DNA of 64,000 nt from Octopus vulgaris (GCA_951406725.2 OX597817.1:146320001-146384000); one strand, 5' to 3'. Shown: positions 27,138 to 39,744, counted from the first letter of the stretch. Translations and numbers: made by a program. Notes: generated by a model not told the origin, from the letters alone.

Positions 27138-27221
27138 ACACACACACACGTATATCCAATGCATGCAAGCATGATAAATGAACATTAATTGATTATATAT
27201 ATATATATATATATATATATG

Positions 27222-27685
27222 ATAAACTGCTTTGATGATCAGTGTTACTATAATCTTGGAGATTTCTACGAACATATCCAAGTTGTGGTAGAGTCATGCA
27301 ACTTTTTGGGGCATTTAAGGTTATCGGACAAGGAATGCTACACAAGGAGCTGTCTTCCAAGCCTGAAATTTGAGCAAGGGATGCACTTTGAAACTTGGTG
27401 GTAAAAAGATGTTGCCAAAGGGATATGATGTGACATTCAAAGGCATTTTGGATTGATGTTAAGCCTCTGCTGCCTTGTTTTTGTTTTAGGTAGAGGCGGT
27501 TTACATCACTGTTTATGTGGAATTATGTGTGCTAGTTAGTATCTTCTGGGTTTTTACATCAAAGGCTCGGATCTCATCAAGCATCTAATCATGCAGCCCA
27601 AATGTTGGTATGAGTACTGGCACTGCAAACACATTATGGGTCACTGTTTTATTGAATGCAGAGATCTGAGGGCCAAATTTTCTTT
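27222..27685 (-). mobile_element. R4/Dong-type LINE fragment (post-RT thumb region)
   Basis: Minus-strand frames NVFAVPVLIPTFG and DVNRLYLKQKQGSRGLTSIQNAF. Confidence 0.75.
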
Positions 27686-27718
27686 ATTTGGCTGTATGTA
27701 TGTATGTATGTATGTATG

Positions 27719-28270
27719 TCAGGTCACTTTCGAGTGCTACTGGTAACATGTAACCCAGTACAATCTGTTGCATGGTCGGGTCGTCGACAACTAAACCGGC
27801 AACCCCACCAAGTTTGCTTGGTGAGGAGGGTGTTTATTGGACACCCTGTGGGATGAAAAACAAAACCCGTCAAAGGGCGGAGGAACTCTTGAGAGTCAAC
27901 GGCCATCCAATAAATGTTTTAAGGGTGTATCATGCGCGGGGACATAGAAATAATCGGACTGAATACCCGATTGCGCGGTTAAACCATTGGGAGTGAAGGA
28001 CTCCTAGCCTTTATTAGGGCATCCTTCTAGGAGAAGGTAACTCAGGTAACTGGGATAACTCCGACATAAAACCTGTAGCTCAGTAGTTACCGATGATGTT
28101 GACTTGTTCTTCTTTTCGGATTATGGCTGCTGTTGCTTAGTGAGTGGGATTGACTCAGTGCACAGCCTTTCCTCACTTTAAAAAACATCTTCTTGCACAG
28201 GCATTGCACGATAACAACATTGATTAAGCTTCGTGCAATGGCCATACTTGATAACGAGGGGGCAGCCACC
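27719..28270 (+). mobile_element. Non-coding RTE-5'-UTR-like element inserted in (TATG)n, highly structured
   Basis: GC- and CpG-rich, with an agggcatccttctaggagaaggtaactc motif resembling RTE 5' UTRs and tgtatgtatg on both flanks. Confidence 0.55.
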
Positions 28271-29651
28271 ATGTATGTATGACTGTGTCTGTGTCTCCTT
28301 GACATTGTATGATAGTTGTAAAATAAGTGTTAATGTCATACAAATAGTGTCATTTATTTCCAGTTTTGCATAAGCATGTGTTTGGTCATGAGGATGTGTT
28401 ACCTTGCTTGGAAACAGGTGAAGGTTGGCAACAGAAAGAGCATCCAGGTGTAGCAAATCTGCCTCATCGAATTTCATCTGACATATACAAGCATCAAAAA
28501 GTGGATGATTAAGATTGCAAACAATTGCAAGATTGCAAAAACGGAAAACCTTTAAAACAATTAGCCTCAGCATGGTCGCAGTCTAATGACTGAAACAAGT
28601 AAAAGATAGAATGATAAAAAAAATAAATAAGATTAAATACTAGTTTGTAAATGTGAAGAGGACTTCTACCAGTAAATTATAAATATTTCCCTTGTGTTAG
28701 CATTTTAGTAAGACTAATGGAAAAAATCTTTATCCTAATTTTTTTTTAATTATAAAACTTTACTTCATTACTAATTAATAGATGAATTTTCTTTTTTCAG
28801 TCACCTGAAATCTTTGTTTTTCTTTCTGTTTTTATTTTTCTTTAATCTATTTTAAACTAATATTTAAGAAAAATTCTTCATAAGGAATATAAAATGTCTG
28901 CTCAAAATATAATTTGTCTTCTTTTGGTTTGTAATATATTTTATTCAGTTTACAATAAATAAACAAAATAACATAACACAAAATAAAATACAATAAAAAC
29001 ACTTAACTCTCTTTGGTTTGGATATGTAAATTAACAGAATGTTAAGAAACTCAGTTTAGTTATCACACACACACACACAGACTTAAATGTAGACTAATTT
29101 TTTTTAATTAATATTGATTTTTTCTCAGACATAAGACGAATTTTTATTAAGGAAACAGACACAATCAATTGCTTCAACTCCAGTATACTAGAGAAGCAGT
29201 GCAGAAGAATGGTAGTAAGTTCCTAGCAAGACAAATTTGATTTATTTCCTTCTAGTTAGTCTCTTAAGTCTAGGCCTGTCACAGGTCTACAGACACATTA
29301 AGCCAGAACTTATTCTTGTTCCTGTAATGTGAAAGCAGCCAAGAGTATTATACAACCCCGACTCCAAACAAGACACCAGTATGTTGTAGAGTTAACCCCC
29401 AGATATTACTGGTACTAATTTTTAGTTGAGTGACTAAAAATCGTAGTCATGGCTCTTGCTGGTGTCATGTAACTGGTACCTGTGCTGGTGGCACATAAAA
29501 AGCACCTTTCAAATTTTGGGTCTCATGGAGGCAAAGTGGTTGATGCTGGTGGTATGTGAAATGCCCCCTTTTGAGTGTTGAGTCTCACCAAGACAATGAA
29601 TGATGGTGGTGGTGATGATGGTGGTGATGATGATGATGGTGATGGTGATGG

Positions 29652-29705
<54 letters not shown>

Positions 29706-30955
29706 CGATGACTGGAGCAATGGGAAATGAAGTGTTTTGTTTGAGAAAATAATGCACTGCCCAGTCTGAGGATTGAAACCATAATCTCCCAATCAGGAAT
29801 TGTGTGTGTGTAGCATGTTACTGTTAAACCAGGAAATGTTGGATTTGGTTTGTCCATATTACTTCATTAGGAGCATAGGACTGCTTTCTTGGTTTCTCTG
29901 GTTTATATATTCCTCCTTGGGTGGGACACCAGTCTGTCACAGGGTTATGCTTTTTTACCCACTGAGTGGACAAAAGCAAAAAAGAAATGAAGTGTTTTGC
30001 TCAAGAACATAATGCATTGCCCAAGCCAGGATTCGAAACCAATATCTTACAATCATGAGGCACAACTGTTAGGTCTGGTTAATACCAAAATTCTAGGTCA
30101 GAACAGTGAAGCTGCTATATTTGGGGAAATAGAATCACGTTCATATGAGACTGTAAGAATTGTTGTGGGGATGAGGGCACAAGATTAAAAACAATGGCTG
30201 AATGGATAGAAGTTTAGTTAATATCTATTTCCTTCTGATATAAAAAGGAACATGATACTAATTTAATAAAAGATTTTAATCCTTAGTTAAGATGGAATAT
30301 CTATTTAAATGAAGTAAGCTAATTATGCCAGGTGTTGTGTTTCCTTTGATAAAAAGAAACTAAAGATTTCAGGTGTTCAACAGGGTTCTTGGCAAAAGAT
30401 TTTAAAATATTATCTCTTGGTGCTACACTGTATAATAGCTTTGGAAAAAATGCATTTTATTATAAAAATATATCTTTTCTCTCTTATTTGTTTCAGTCAT
30501 TGGACTTTGGCCAAGCTGGGGCACAGCCTTGAAGGGCTTTAGTTGAACAAATCTGCCCCAGTGCTTATTCTTTAAGTCTCTTTTGCTGAACTTTTAGCAC
30601 ACCTCTTTTGCTGTACCTTTAGCACACTGTAGGTGCATCATGTCACTGTATGAGTTTTCTCCCTTGTCGTGACAGGGAATTGGCTGGGGAAACAATTCTA
30701 CCAAAGATGCTGTGTGCTAAAGGTTAATCTAGTGGGATGTAAACAAACCAACACTGATTGTCAAACAGTGGGATGGGATGGGATGAGGTAGGAACAAACT
30801 CAGAAACACAGGCAGAAAGACACACACACACATAGAATCATATATATATATATACATATATATAGTTGAAATTTATAGACAAACAAAAGATGAAGACAGA
30901 TGTATGAATAACCAGCAAGTGCATTAGTTTGAAGCTCGGGGGAAAAATGAAATGT

Positions 30956-30991
30956 CTTTTACATTTTGAGCCTATGCTCTTCAACAGAAAG
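30956..30991 (-). ncRNA. Decayed minimal hammerhead ribozyme, family H1
   Basis: cttt-CTGTTGA-a-gagc-atag-gctc-AAAA-tgt-a-aaag. Lies in a repeat (about 30863-31035) homologous to 37580-37783. Confidence 0.45.
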
Positions 30992-31349
30992 GAATAAGAG
31001 AAAATGAACAGAGAGGATGAAAAAATGAAAAATAGATATATATTATCATGCTAATATATGTACCTATACCGTCCAGCCCATACCAGTGTGGAAAATTGAC
31101 ATTAAATGATGATGATGATATTCGTTTCTACTGTAGGCACAAGGCCTGAAATTTGGGGGGAAGGGGCTCGATTAGATTGACCCCAGTACGCAACTAGTAC
31201 TTAACTTATCAACCCCGAAAGGATGATGATGATGATGATACAGCATATATATATAGCATATATTATCATGATTATATATATAATATACCGTATACTATCA
31301 TCATAATTATCATTTTAACATTCACTTTTCCATGCTCATTTGCATTTAA

Positions 31350-31569
31350 CCCTTTAGTGTTCAAATTAATATGTCAAAAGTAATCCTTACTCACTTACAT
31401 TTTAAAATATTAATCTGGTATTATCTTGTAACTTCAAGATTTGAAAAATGTAATTGTTTATTTTTATGGTGACATTGCAGGGTAGGTGTGAGATGCTGGT
31501 TCTGGCCAGTTTGAGCATGAAATGAGTAGAATATTCGGGCCGGATACAGCCGGTTTAAACACTAAAGGG
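31350..31569. mobile_element. piggyBac-like MITE
   Basis: TTAA|CCCTTTAGTGTT...AACACTAAAGGG|TTAA. Confidence 0.85.
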
Positions 31570-31644
31570 TTAAACAAACTAAAACTTTAGCACATAAAAA
31601 CATATTGTCTATTAAATTATATATATATATACATAAGTAGTTGT

Positions 31645-31965
31645 GATACCTGTGCTGGTGGCATGTAAAAAAGCACCATCCGAACGTGGCCGATGCCAGC
31701 GCCACCTTGACTGGCTTCCTTCCATGCCGGTGGCATGTAAAAAGCACCAACTGATTGTGGCCATTGTCAGCCTCTCCCGGTGGCATGTAAAAAGCACCCA
31801 CTACACTCCCGGAGTGGTTGGCATTAGGAAGGGCATCCAGCTGTAGAAACACTGCCAGATCTGACTGGAGCCTGGTGCAGCCTCCTGGCTTCCCAGACCT
31901 CGGTCGAACTGTCCAACCCATGCTAGCATGGACAACAGATGTTAAACAATGATGATGATGATGAT
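31645..31965 (+). mobile_element. SINE family C
   Basis: Three subrepeats, the family tail and (GAT)n. Confidence 0.85.
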
Positions 31966-32613
31966 GAGAACTTACAGTGGATTTTCTACAGCTGGATGCC
32001 CTCCCTGTCACCAGCCCTCACCTGCTTCCCAGTAAGGTAATATTCTCCATGACCATATTTTCATAGAATATTTTCTTAGAATACTGAAATAAAGGATACT
32101 GCTTGCATTATGGTGACATTTGCTTATTACCATGCAATGTGAAGGCAAAGGAACAGTAGCACACACACTCGCCGAAACATATAGGAATGTAAATATACAA
32201 CAGGCTTCTTTTTGTTTCCGTCTTCCAAACCTACTCACTAGGCATTGGCCACCTCAGGACTGTAAAAGAAGACACTTGCTCAAGGATCTACACAGTGGGA
32301 CTGAACTTGACACCACATGTTTGCAGCACAAGCTTCTTAACCACACAGCCATAGATTTTCAACCAACATCCTATGTATAGACATGTAAATACCATGCCTT
32401 AACATACAACATCTTTTTTGATTTAGTAGTACCAGTAATTTATTAGGGTTGTCACAGTATTGTCAGATCAAACATGCTTCCCACTACATTATCCATAACC
32501 TATTTTTAAACAGCTTTAATTAATCAAATTTTTAGGGTTGTCTCCCTTGCCTCTTTTGACCAGAATAATCCTAACAACATTGATTTCTTTCTTCTCATGA
32601 CAGGTGTAATTTT

Positions 32614-33041
32614 GGATCTTTTCGGTTTGAATGGCAGATTTTCTAGCGGTGTCATACGAAATTGTCACCCATAATTATGACCCTAGTATCGATCTATTGC
32701 ATTTCAATCTGTTTTAGGGTTAGGGTTAGAGTTAGGGTTAGCAGTGGGGGGAAGGGTATTTTTTTTTTTCAGAAATATAACTAAACTCAATCTGTTTCTT
32801 AAACGAGGGACATATTCATACGGCACAGAATGTTTTCACCTCAATAGACGTCATGGATTGGTTGAAATTGCAGAAATTGAAGAAAAAAAACCAACAAATA
32901 TCTTACAAACTATAGAATTTTCTCTATAAAGCCAAGAGAAAAAGATGTTTTATAAACACATTCTACCAGTATACGAAGTTTAAAAGTGTTTAGTTACGTG
33001 GAAATTATTTTTAAAAACTGCTGTTCAAACAGAAAAGATCC
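32614..33041. mobile_element. MITE with 5'-GGATC TIRs and 8-bp TSD (Merlin-like?), carrying TTAGGG repeats
   Basis: TIRs GGATCTTTTCGGTTTGAATGGCAG / CTGCTGTTCAAACAGAAAAGATCC. TSD GTAATTTT/GTAATTTG. Confidence 0.75.
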
Positions 33042-33614
33042 GTAATTTGTAACTAACTGAAATATCTATTTAATTTAAATATCTTTACTCTATTAAGTAC
33101 GTTAGCACTAACCTTCATGTTTAGATCTTAGTTTGAAATTAGATGCCAAAAGATAGAGCAGTTCAATAGCGGAGTGATAATATATTGACTAGATAACTGA
33201 GCTAGTATTCTGAAATATAATCAAATCCAAGATTAGGTTATCTACCACTTGATATTCTACCTATGATAACTTACAGGGAACATTAATCTTCTTTCAAACT
33301 GATTGTGCTTAGTTTTATGAGAGACACAATGATAAACAGATGCAGGGAGGTATTACAGATGTGAGAACAAAGGGGATTTGATGTACATTTTGGAAAGGAA
33401 ATGAAAGCAGAAAGGATATATAACTAAAACTTATCGTAGGAAAAAAGCAGAAATATATTCTCTTGTTCTGAGGAGTTAATAGTTTTAAGAGTGGAGAGAT
33501 GTGTTTATTCTTAGCAGAGAATTAGCTATAATTATAACTTTCTTAAGTTATTAAATATTATTAACAGCATATTTATATGTATGTGTGTGCTTGTATGTGC
33601 ATGTGTGCATATGT

Positions 33615-33826
33615 ATTTCTTACTAATTTCTTACTAATAGAGAAAGAGCCGGTTTCTAACCCAGATCCAAGGCTCCTTCAATGGAATTTCAACAACTACA
33701 AAAAGGTATTTTTGTATGTATGTATGTATGTATGTATGTATGTATGTATGTATGTATGTATGTATGTATGTATGTATGTATGTATTTATTTATGTATGTA
33801 TGTATGTATGTATGTATGTATGTATG

Positions 33827-33857
<31 letters not shown>

Positions 33858-34645
33858 GTATATATGTATGTATGTATTTATGTATGTATTTATGTATGTA
33901 TGTGTGCAGATTTGTATGCTTTGTTTCATGCATCTATTCTCATGCGCATAGTTGCATATCTGGACATGCTCATATATATTTAAATGATAAACTTCTGAAA
34001 AGTTTTACAGATTTTTACAGTTCCAGTGATGGATTGGATCTGTAGCCTTTGAATTAGCTTTCTCCTTCTGGTTTTGAGAAGCCTAATTTCTCAACATTGG
34101 TATTTAGGCAGTGTGTTACGTATTCCAGGGCCCCAATAATTACAGGTATAGACTTGAACTTGTAATCTGGATAGAGAAACTGCAGATTTCTCAATAGTTC
34201 AGCATAGGTGTTCTCTTTTTCACTGATCTTCAGCTATATGTTAACATCTACTGGGCAGTTAATTTTCACAACTGTGCACAGTTTCTTTTCTCTATCCCAA
34301 ATCATTATATCAGGTCTATTGTGTTTACATTTCATTGAGGTTTTCACTGGGACATTCCACCAGAACTCCTTTTTATTGTGAGTGGCTATTACTTCCACCG
34401 TACTGTGGGTTCTTACTTCTTCGTCATGTAGGTTATCCTTCAGATGGATTTCATTATTGAGTGTCCCAGCTACACTATCATGTCTTATTGGTAGATAATA
34501 ATGTCATGATATTTTCAGACAACTGTTTATGATGTGATATCTTTGGTGTTAACGCCATGAAGTCTGCATCAGTTGACACATTTTACTGCTTTTCCTGCAT
34601 CTCTATCCCTTTCGTGCATTAGGTTTTTGTTTGATATTTCCTATT
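33615..34645 (-). mobile_element. 3' end of a second R4/Dong-type LINE family (RLE domain, 3' UTR containing (CATA)n)
   Basis: Minus-strand frames YLPIRHDSVA, WWNVPVKT..KCKHNRPDIMIWD, EKENTYAELL and PVIIGAL. Terminal stem GAAGGAGCC/GGCTCTTTC. Confidence 0.85.
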
Positions 34646-35254
34646 CATCTTATTCCTGAAACAAGATGAGTAGTGGTCATAACTGGAAAGCCTTTGGTCA
34701 TGGGTATAATCAATCAAGATTGACCTAGGACTAAACAGCACCAGCAGTAGATGAGAAGAGGGCATGATTGATCACTAAGGAGTGACAACAGGGCTAACAG
34801 CAACAGGTGAGAAGGACCAATTTTATAGCTCACCTGAAAAAAAGCCTTATCAAAGTTAAGAGCCAGGGATCTTGTAAACACAAAGAGGTCAGGTGGAGGT
34901 CAATTTCTATATTTGGTAAACATCAGGCTGTGTTTGGTGTAACACAGCTGAAGTTTTGTAACACAAATAGATAAATCAGCAATCAGTAATGTAAACCTCA
35001 AAGAGTCACTATCTTCTGAAGTGGCAGGTGAGACAGAGAACCAGGTGAACTTTGTACCCACGACAAGAAATGAGATATATAGAGATAAGGTTATAAAATA
35101 TAATTTATACTTTGAGAGGAATGTGACCCTGACATAAATTTTTGGTTTGTGAGCCCAAAGTAAGATCCAAACATGTCTAGGGAGAAGAAACAGAATACGT
35201 CTAGGAGAAGGTGAGTGTGAAAGCTGAAGGATATCTTTATAATAATAATAATAA

Positions 35255-35525
35255 TTAATTCGTTTATTGGCCACAAGGGCTAATAAAAATCAATTAAAAC
35301 ATGTAGGGACAAAATACAGGATGAAAGTTACAAAAGGGTTTTGTCCGTTTGAAAAAAGTCTGTGTAAAAAATGTGAAATAACAACGAAAATATGTAGCAA
35401 AACTCCCAATAGGGGGAGGCGCTTTGAAAGGTTACTTGTAGAAAAACCCATAAAAGCCATGGGGGCCTGGTCAAAAGGTGGGTAGAAAGCCCCTTTCTCC
35501 TTTTATATTTACCTTTTTTTGTTAA
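35255..35525 (-). mobile_element. Tx1/L1-like LINE 3' UTR
   Basis: Reverse-complement similar to 10580-10790. Confidence 0.6.
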
Positions 35526-35539
35526 AGGTGTAATAATAA

Positions 35540-35752
35540 TAATAATGAAATTATTGTATACAGTGCGCTCAGGTGCACCACAACTTGTCAAAGGTGCATA
35601 TAAAGCATATGCAGTAATGTACAAATGTCTGGGATGTGAACAGTGTATGAATCAGATACATGCTTGCGTGTGTATGGAGAGGAGAAAATCGGGTGTAGTG
35701 TTGGCGAATCTCAGGAAGCATGGAAGTTTTGAAGGATGCAGTGCTCCAACAA
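35540..35752 (-). mobile_element. CR1-clade LINE 3' end
   Basis: Matches 38235-38560 and 54868-55260. Confidence 0.8.
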
Positions 35753-35959
35753 CAGAACTCAGAATGTAAAGACAGAAGAAAAATCGCTAAGCATTTTGCC
35801 TGGCATGCTAACGTTTCTGCCAGCTTGCCGCCTTGGATACATTATATAATATAATTTTATATATTCTTAAAAATAGAAGGATGGAATGTCTTTGATTATA
35901 AGTCTAGTCAGTGTTGGCTTGGGGTTCCACAACAAAAACAAGACAATGGTATTCTTTTG

Positions 35960-36352
35960 TTCTTTTACTTGTTTCAGTCATTTGACCGCGGCCATGCTGG
36001 AGCATCACCTTTAGTCAAACAAACCGACCCCAGGACTTATTCTTTGTAAGCCTAGTACTTATTCTATCAGTCTCTTTTTGCCGAACTGCTAAGTGATGGG
36101 GATGTAACAACACCAACGTCAGTTGTCAAGCGATGGGGTGGGGAACAAGCACAAACACAAATAACAAATACATACAGACATATATATATGATGAGCTTCT
36201 TTCAGTTTCCATCTACCAAATCCACTCGCAAGGCTTTGGTCAGCCCGTGGCTATATTAGAAGACACTCGCCTAATGTGCCACGCAGTGGGATTCAACCTG
36301 GAACCATGTGATTAGGAAGCAAGCTTCTTATCTCACAGCCACTCCTGCACCT
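35960..36352 (-). mobile_element. SINE family A
   Basis: Full-length copy. Confidence 0.88.
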
Positions 36353-36712
36353 ATTATATCCATATTTATATAAAACTGACAGTGAGAGACAAAGAAGTTA
36401 TATAATACACAGAAGTATTCCTGCAGATGACAGAGACTGAATCAGATAGCAGATAACAAGCAGGAAACTATATGTAAAAGCTACTGTCTCTTATCTTTTA
36501 TCTCATACTTGTGTCATTTATCAGACTGTCGCCATGCTGGGGCACAGCTTTGATGAGGTTTAGTTGAACAAACCAACACAAAGTACTTATATTTTCAGAC
36601 TAGTACTTATTCTGTTGATATCTTTGCCAAAGAGCTAAGTTACAGGGATGTAAACAAACCATACCTATTGTCAAGCAGTAGTGAGGAAAAAAAAATCACA
36701 CACACATGCACG

Positions 36713-36754
<42 letters not shown>

Positions 36755-36903
36755 AGGCTTCTTACAGTTTCCATCTACACGCACTCATACACACATATAC
36801 AATGAACTCCTATCAGTTTCTCTTGACCAATCTACTCACAAGTCTTTGGTTAGCTCAGCTCTATAGTAAAAAAGACTTGCCCAAGTGTGTATATAAATAT
36901 ATA

Positions 36904-37437
36904 TGAGGGTGAGTCAAAAAGTAATGCTATTTTGTTTAGGACGGGTATAATAATTACCAATACAGGAACATGTTTCATACATCAAAATGAAGCTAGTCCT
37001 CTGCGGATCACATCCCTACTTCTCACCATAGTCACCGTTTCTCTCAATAGCAATGTCCCATCTTCGAATGAGAGCATATATCCCTGTCCCGTAAAATTCT
37101 GTTGACTGTTCTTTGAGCCACTTCTTCACTACAGTTTTCACTTCCTCGTCAATGGAATAATGTTTGCCTCTCAAACTCTCTTTCATGGGGCCGAAGTGAT
37201 GATAGTCCAGTAACGAGGAAGTGAAAACTGTAGTGAAGGAGTGGCTCAAAGAACATTCAACAGAATTTTACAGAGCAGGGATACACACTCTCATTCTAAG
37301 GTGGATCATTGACTATGTTGAGAAGTAGGGATGTGATCCACAGAGGACCAGCTTCCTTTTGATGTATGATACATGTTCCTGTGTTGGTAATTATACCTGT
37401 CCTAAACAAAATGACATTACTTTTTGACTCACCCTCG
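36904..37437. mobile_element. Fold-back mariner MITE made of two inverted transposon 3' ends
   Basis: TA TSD and TIR (T/C)GAGGGTGAGTCAAAAAGTAATG. The arms carry the mariner C-terminus (DYHHFGPMKESLRGKHY...WLKEQSTEFY...NGDYGEK*). Confidence 0.9.
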
Positions 37438-37654
37438 TACACATATATATTAAAAAAATTTTTCTCCTTTTTAAATTTTATTTTTATTTTAAAAACACCG
37501 ACCATTAACACATTGGAGTTCGGCTTTAACTGCTCTTTCTCCCTCTCTCTGTCTTTATATATATATATATATATATATGACGCCATGATAGATCGTTAGC
37601 CACTACACACATTTTTTTTCTCTCTTTGTTTCTCTCCTTGTTTTTTCTGTGTTC

Positions 37655-37690
37655 CTTTCTGTAGAAGAGTGTAGGCTTGAAACGTAAAAG
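37655..37690 (+). ncRNA. Minimal type I hammerhead ribozyme fold, family H1 (CUGU core variant)
   Basis: CTTT-CTGTAGA-a-gagt-gtag-gctt-GAAA-CGT-A-AAAG, with palindromic stem III ACGT. Confidence 0.5.
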
Positions 37691-37871
37691 ACTTTTTCTA
37701 TTCCTGAGCATTATACTAATACATCTGTTTGTTTTGTACGCCACCTGTCTTCGTCTTTTGTTGTTTTTTTCGTAAATTCTCCCTATATATATATGTATAT
37801 ATATATATGACTTTTGCTCTGGCTTTTTTTCCATGGGCGCATGTAAGTATTTCATTTATTTCTATTCGTAT

Positions 37872-37930
37872 TTTCTACTGAAGAGGAAAAAATCTATGAG
37901 ATTAATTCTGAAATTGATTCAATATAGAAA
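37872..37930 (+). ncRNA. Type I hammerhead ribozyme, family H2 (intact core)
   Basis: Stem I TTTCTA/TAGAAA; core CTGAAGA; stem II GGAA/TTCT plus AATCT/AGATT; GAAA; stem III ATTGA-T-TCAAT; cleavage triplet AUA. Confidence 0.7.
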
Positions 37931-38234
37931 TAACAAACTTTTTAAAAAAATTATGTTGGCTAGCTTTCCTCGATTTCAACACGTATTTCTGTAGTGGGTA
38001 TAATAATATGTGGAAATTGACGATTTAAAAATCTATTATCAGCATATTTTGCCCTTGTTTATAAGTTGTTTATAATTTTAACCTTTATAGGTATTTTAAT
38101 ATGCTGCCACTTTTTTGATGAAATTTTTTTTCTGTAAAAAAACTTCATCCTATATTAGTAGTATATATATATATATGCATAATTTGCCATCATCAGCCCA
38201 GTGACAGATTAGAGAGCATGTTTGAATGTGGATA

Positions 38235-38560
38235 TAATAATGAAATTATTGTATACAGTGCGCTCAGGTGCACCGCAACTTGTCAAAAGTGCGTAAAAAG
38301 CATATGCAGTAATGTACAAATGTATGGGAAGTGAACAGTGTATGAGTCAGATACATGCTTGTGTGTGTATGGAGGGGAGAAAATCGGGTGTAGTGTTGGC
38401 GAATCTCAGGAAGCATGAAAGTTTTGAAGGATGCAGTGCTCTGACAACTAACAACTGATACTGGCAGTTTGTTCCATTCTTCAGCAACTCTTAGCATGAA
38501 AAGATGTTTTTGAAAGTCATGGGAGCTGTGCTGTTTTCTGACTTTGTAAACATGTCCATG
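38235..38560 (-). mobile_element. CR1-clade LINE 3' end
   Basis: GHVYKVRKQHSSHDFQKHLFMLRVAEEWNKLPVSVV is a typical CR1 C-terminus. Confidence 0.85.
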
Positions 38561-38961
38561 GATCAAGTATGTATCTTCTCCCTCTCTTACTTTTTTCAGT
38601 TTACTGAATACCTTGAGTTAAGAATTGATGTAGATAGATGAAGGTAAATATATTTTATAGTTATATTTTTTTTTTAAATATGGTATATGCAGCTGAAGAT
38701 CGGAAAATGTGCTTCTAAATTAAGTTAATTTTTTTTACAATTGATTTATTTAGTTTGTACATTAATCGTGAAACTAGTTTTGCATTGACCACAATAATTA
38801 ACAAAATAGATTTCATCTATCTCACTCGCCTTACATCATTTTTGTACCAAGGAGAAAAGTCCATTTATTTTATTTTTATTTTAAAAACAATGGCCATTCA
38901 ACACATTGGAGTTCGGCTTTAACTACTCTTTCTCTCTCTCTTTGTCTCTCTCTCTCTCCCC

Positions 38962-39008
<47 letters not shown>

Positions 39009-39030
39009 CACACACACACACACACATATA

Positions 39031-39162
39031 TTGCTTCCCAACAAACATAGTTCTGGGTTCAGTCCCACTGCACAGCATCTTGGGCAAGTCTTTATTACTA
39101 TAGACCTGAGCCAACCCAATCCTTGTGAGGGGATTGGTAGACAGAAACTGATAGGAGCTCAT

Positions 39163-39195
<33 letters not shown>

Positions 39196-39424
39196 CTTTG
39201 TGTCTGTCTTTGTCCCTCACCACCTCATGGCAACACACATTGGTGTGTTTATGTCCCCATGACTTAGACGTTTGGCAAAAGAGACCAATAGAATATGTTC
39301 CAGACTTAAAAACTGTTAAGTACTGGGATCAATTCATTTGACTTATGAAAAAATTCTTGATGGTCATGCTCCAGCATGGTTGCAGTCTAATGACTGAAAC
39401 ATGTTACGCATAAAATATAAAAGA
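39031..39424 (+). mobile_element. SINE family A, older copy
   Basis: Colinear with family A. Confidence 0.8.
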
Positions 39425-39744
39425 TATCACATTCAGAAATCTCTTTTCTTTTCCATTACAAATTGGGATTTTATTTAGAACCAACCCAAAGTGCCTAGTG
39501 AGTGAACTTTGGTCCCCTTAGTTTAATACCATTGTTCGCTTTGTACCTTGAACAGCCTCACAGCAATATCTATTTTGTTAGTGAATATTGTATAATAAAA
39601 CCATTTTATTGTCCTAGACATTTTTATTGACACAACTTGGCATTTTCTGATGAATGCATCCAATGTGTCAAGGAAGTAAACTTTGGACTGGTTTCTTTAA
39701 AAAATGCTATTAATTGAATATCTATTTTTTATATATTTAATGGT

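Noticed and set aside
33640-33682. Hammerhead-like TGAAGGA...GAAAC
   Set aside because: Better explained as the 3'-terminal stem-loop of the RLE LINE.
39627-39670. Pre-miRNA-like hairpin
   Set aside because: Too short and bulged, with no miRNA sequence I recognise.
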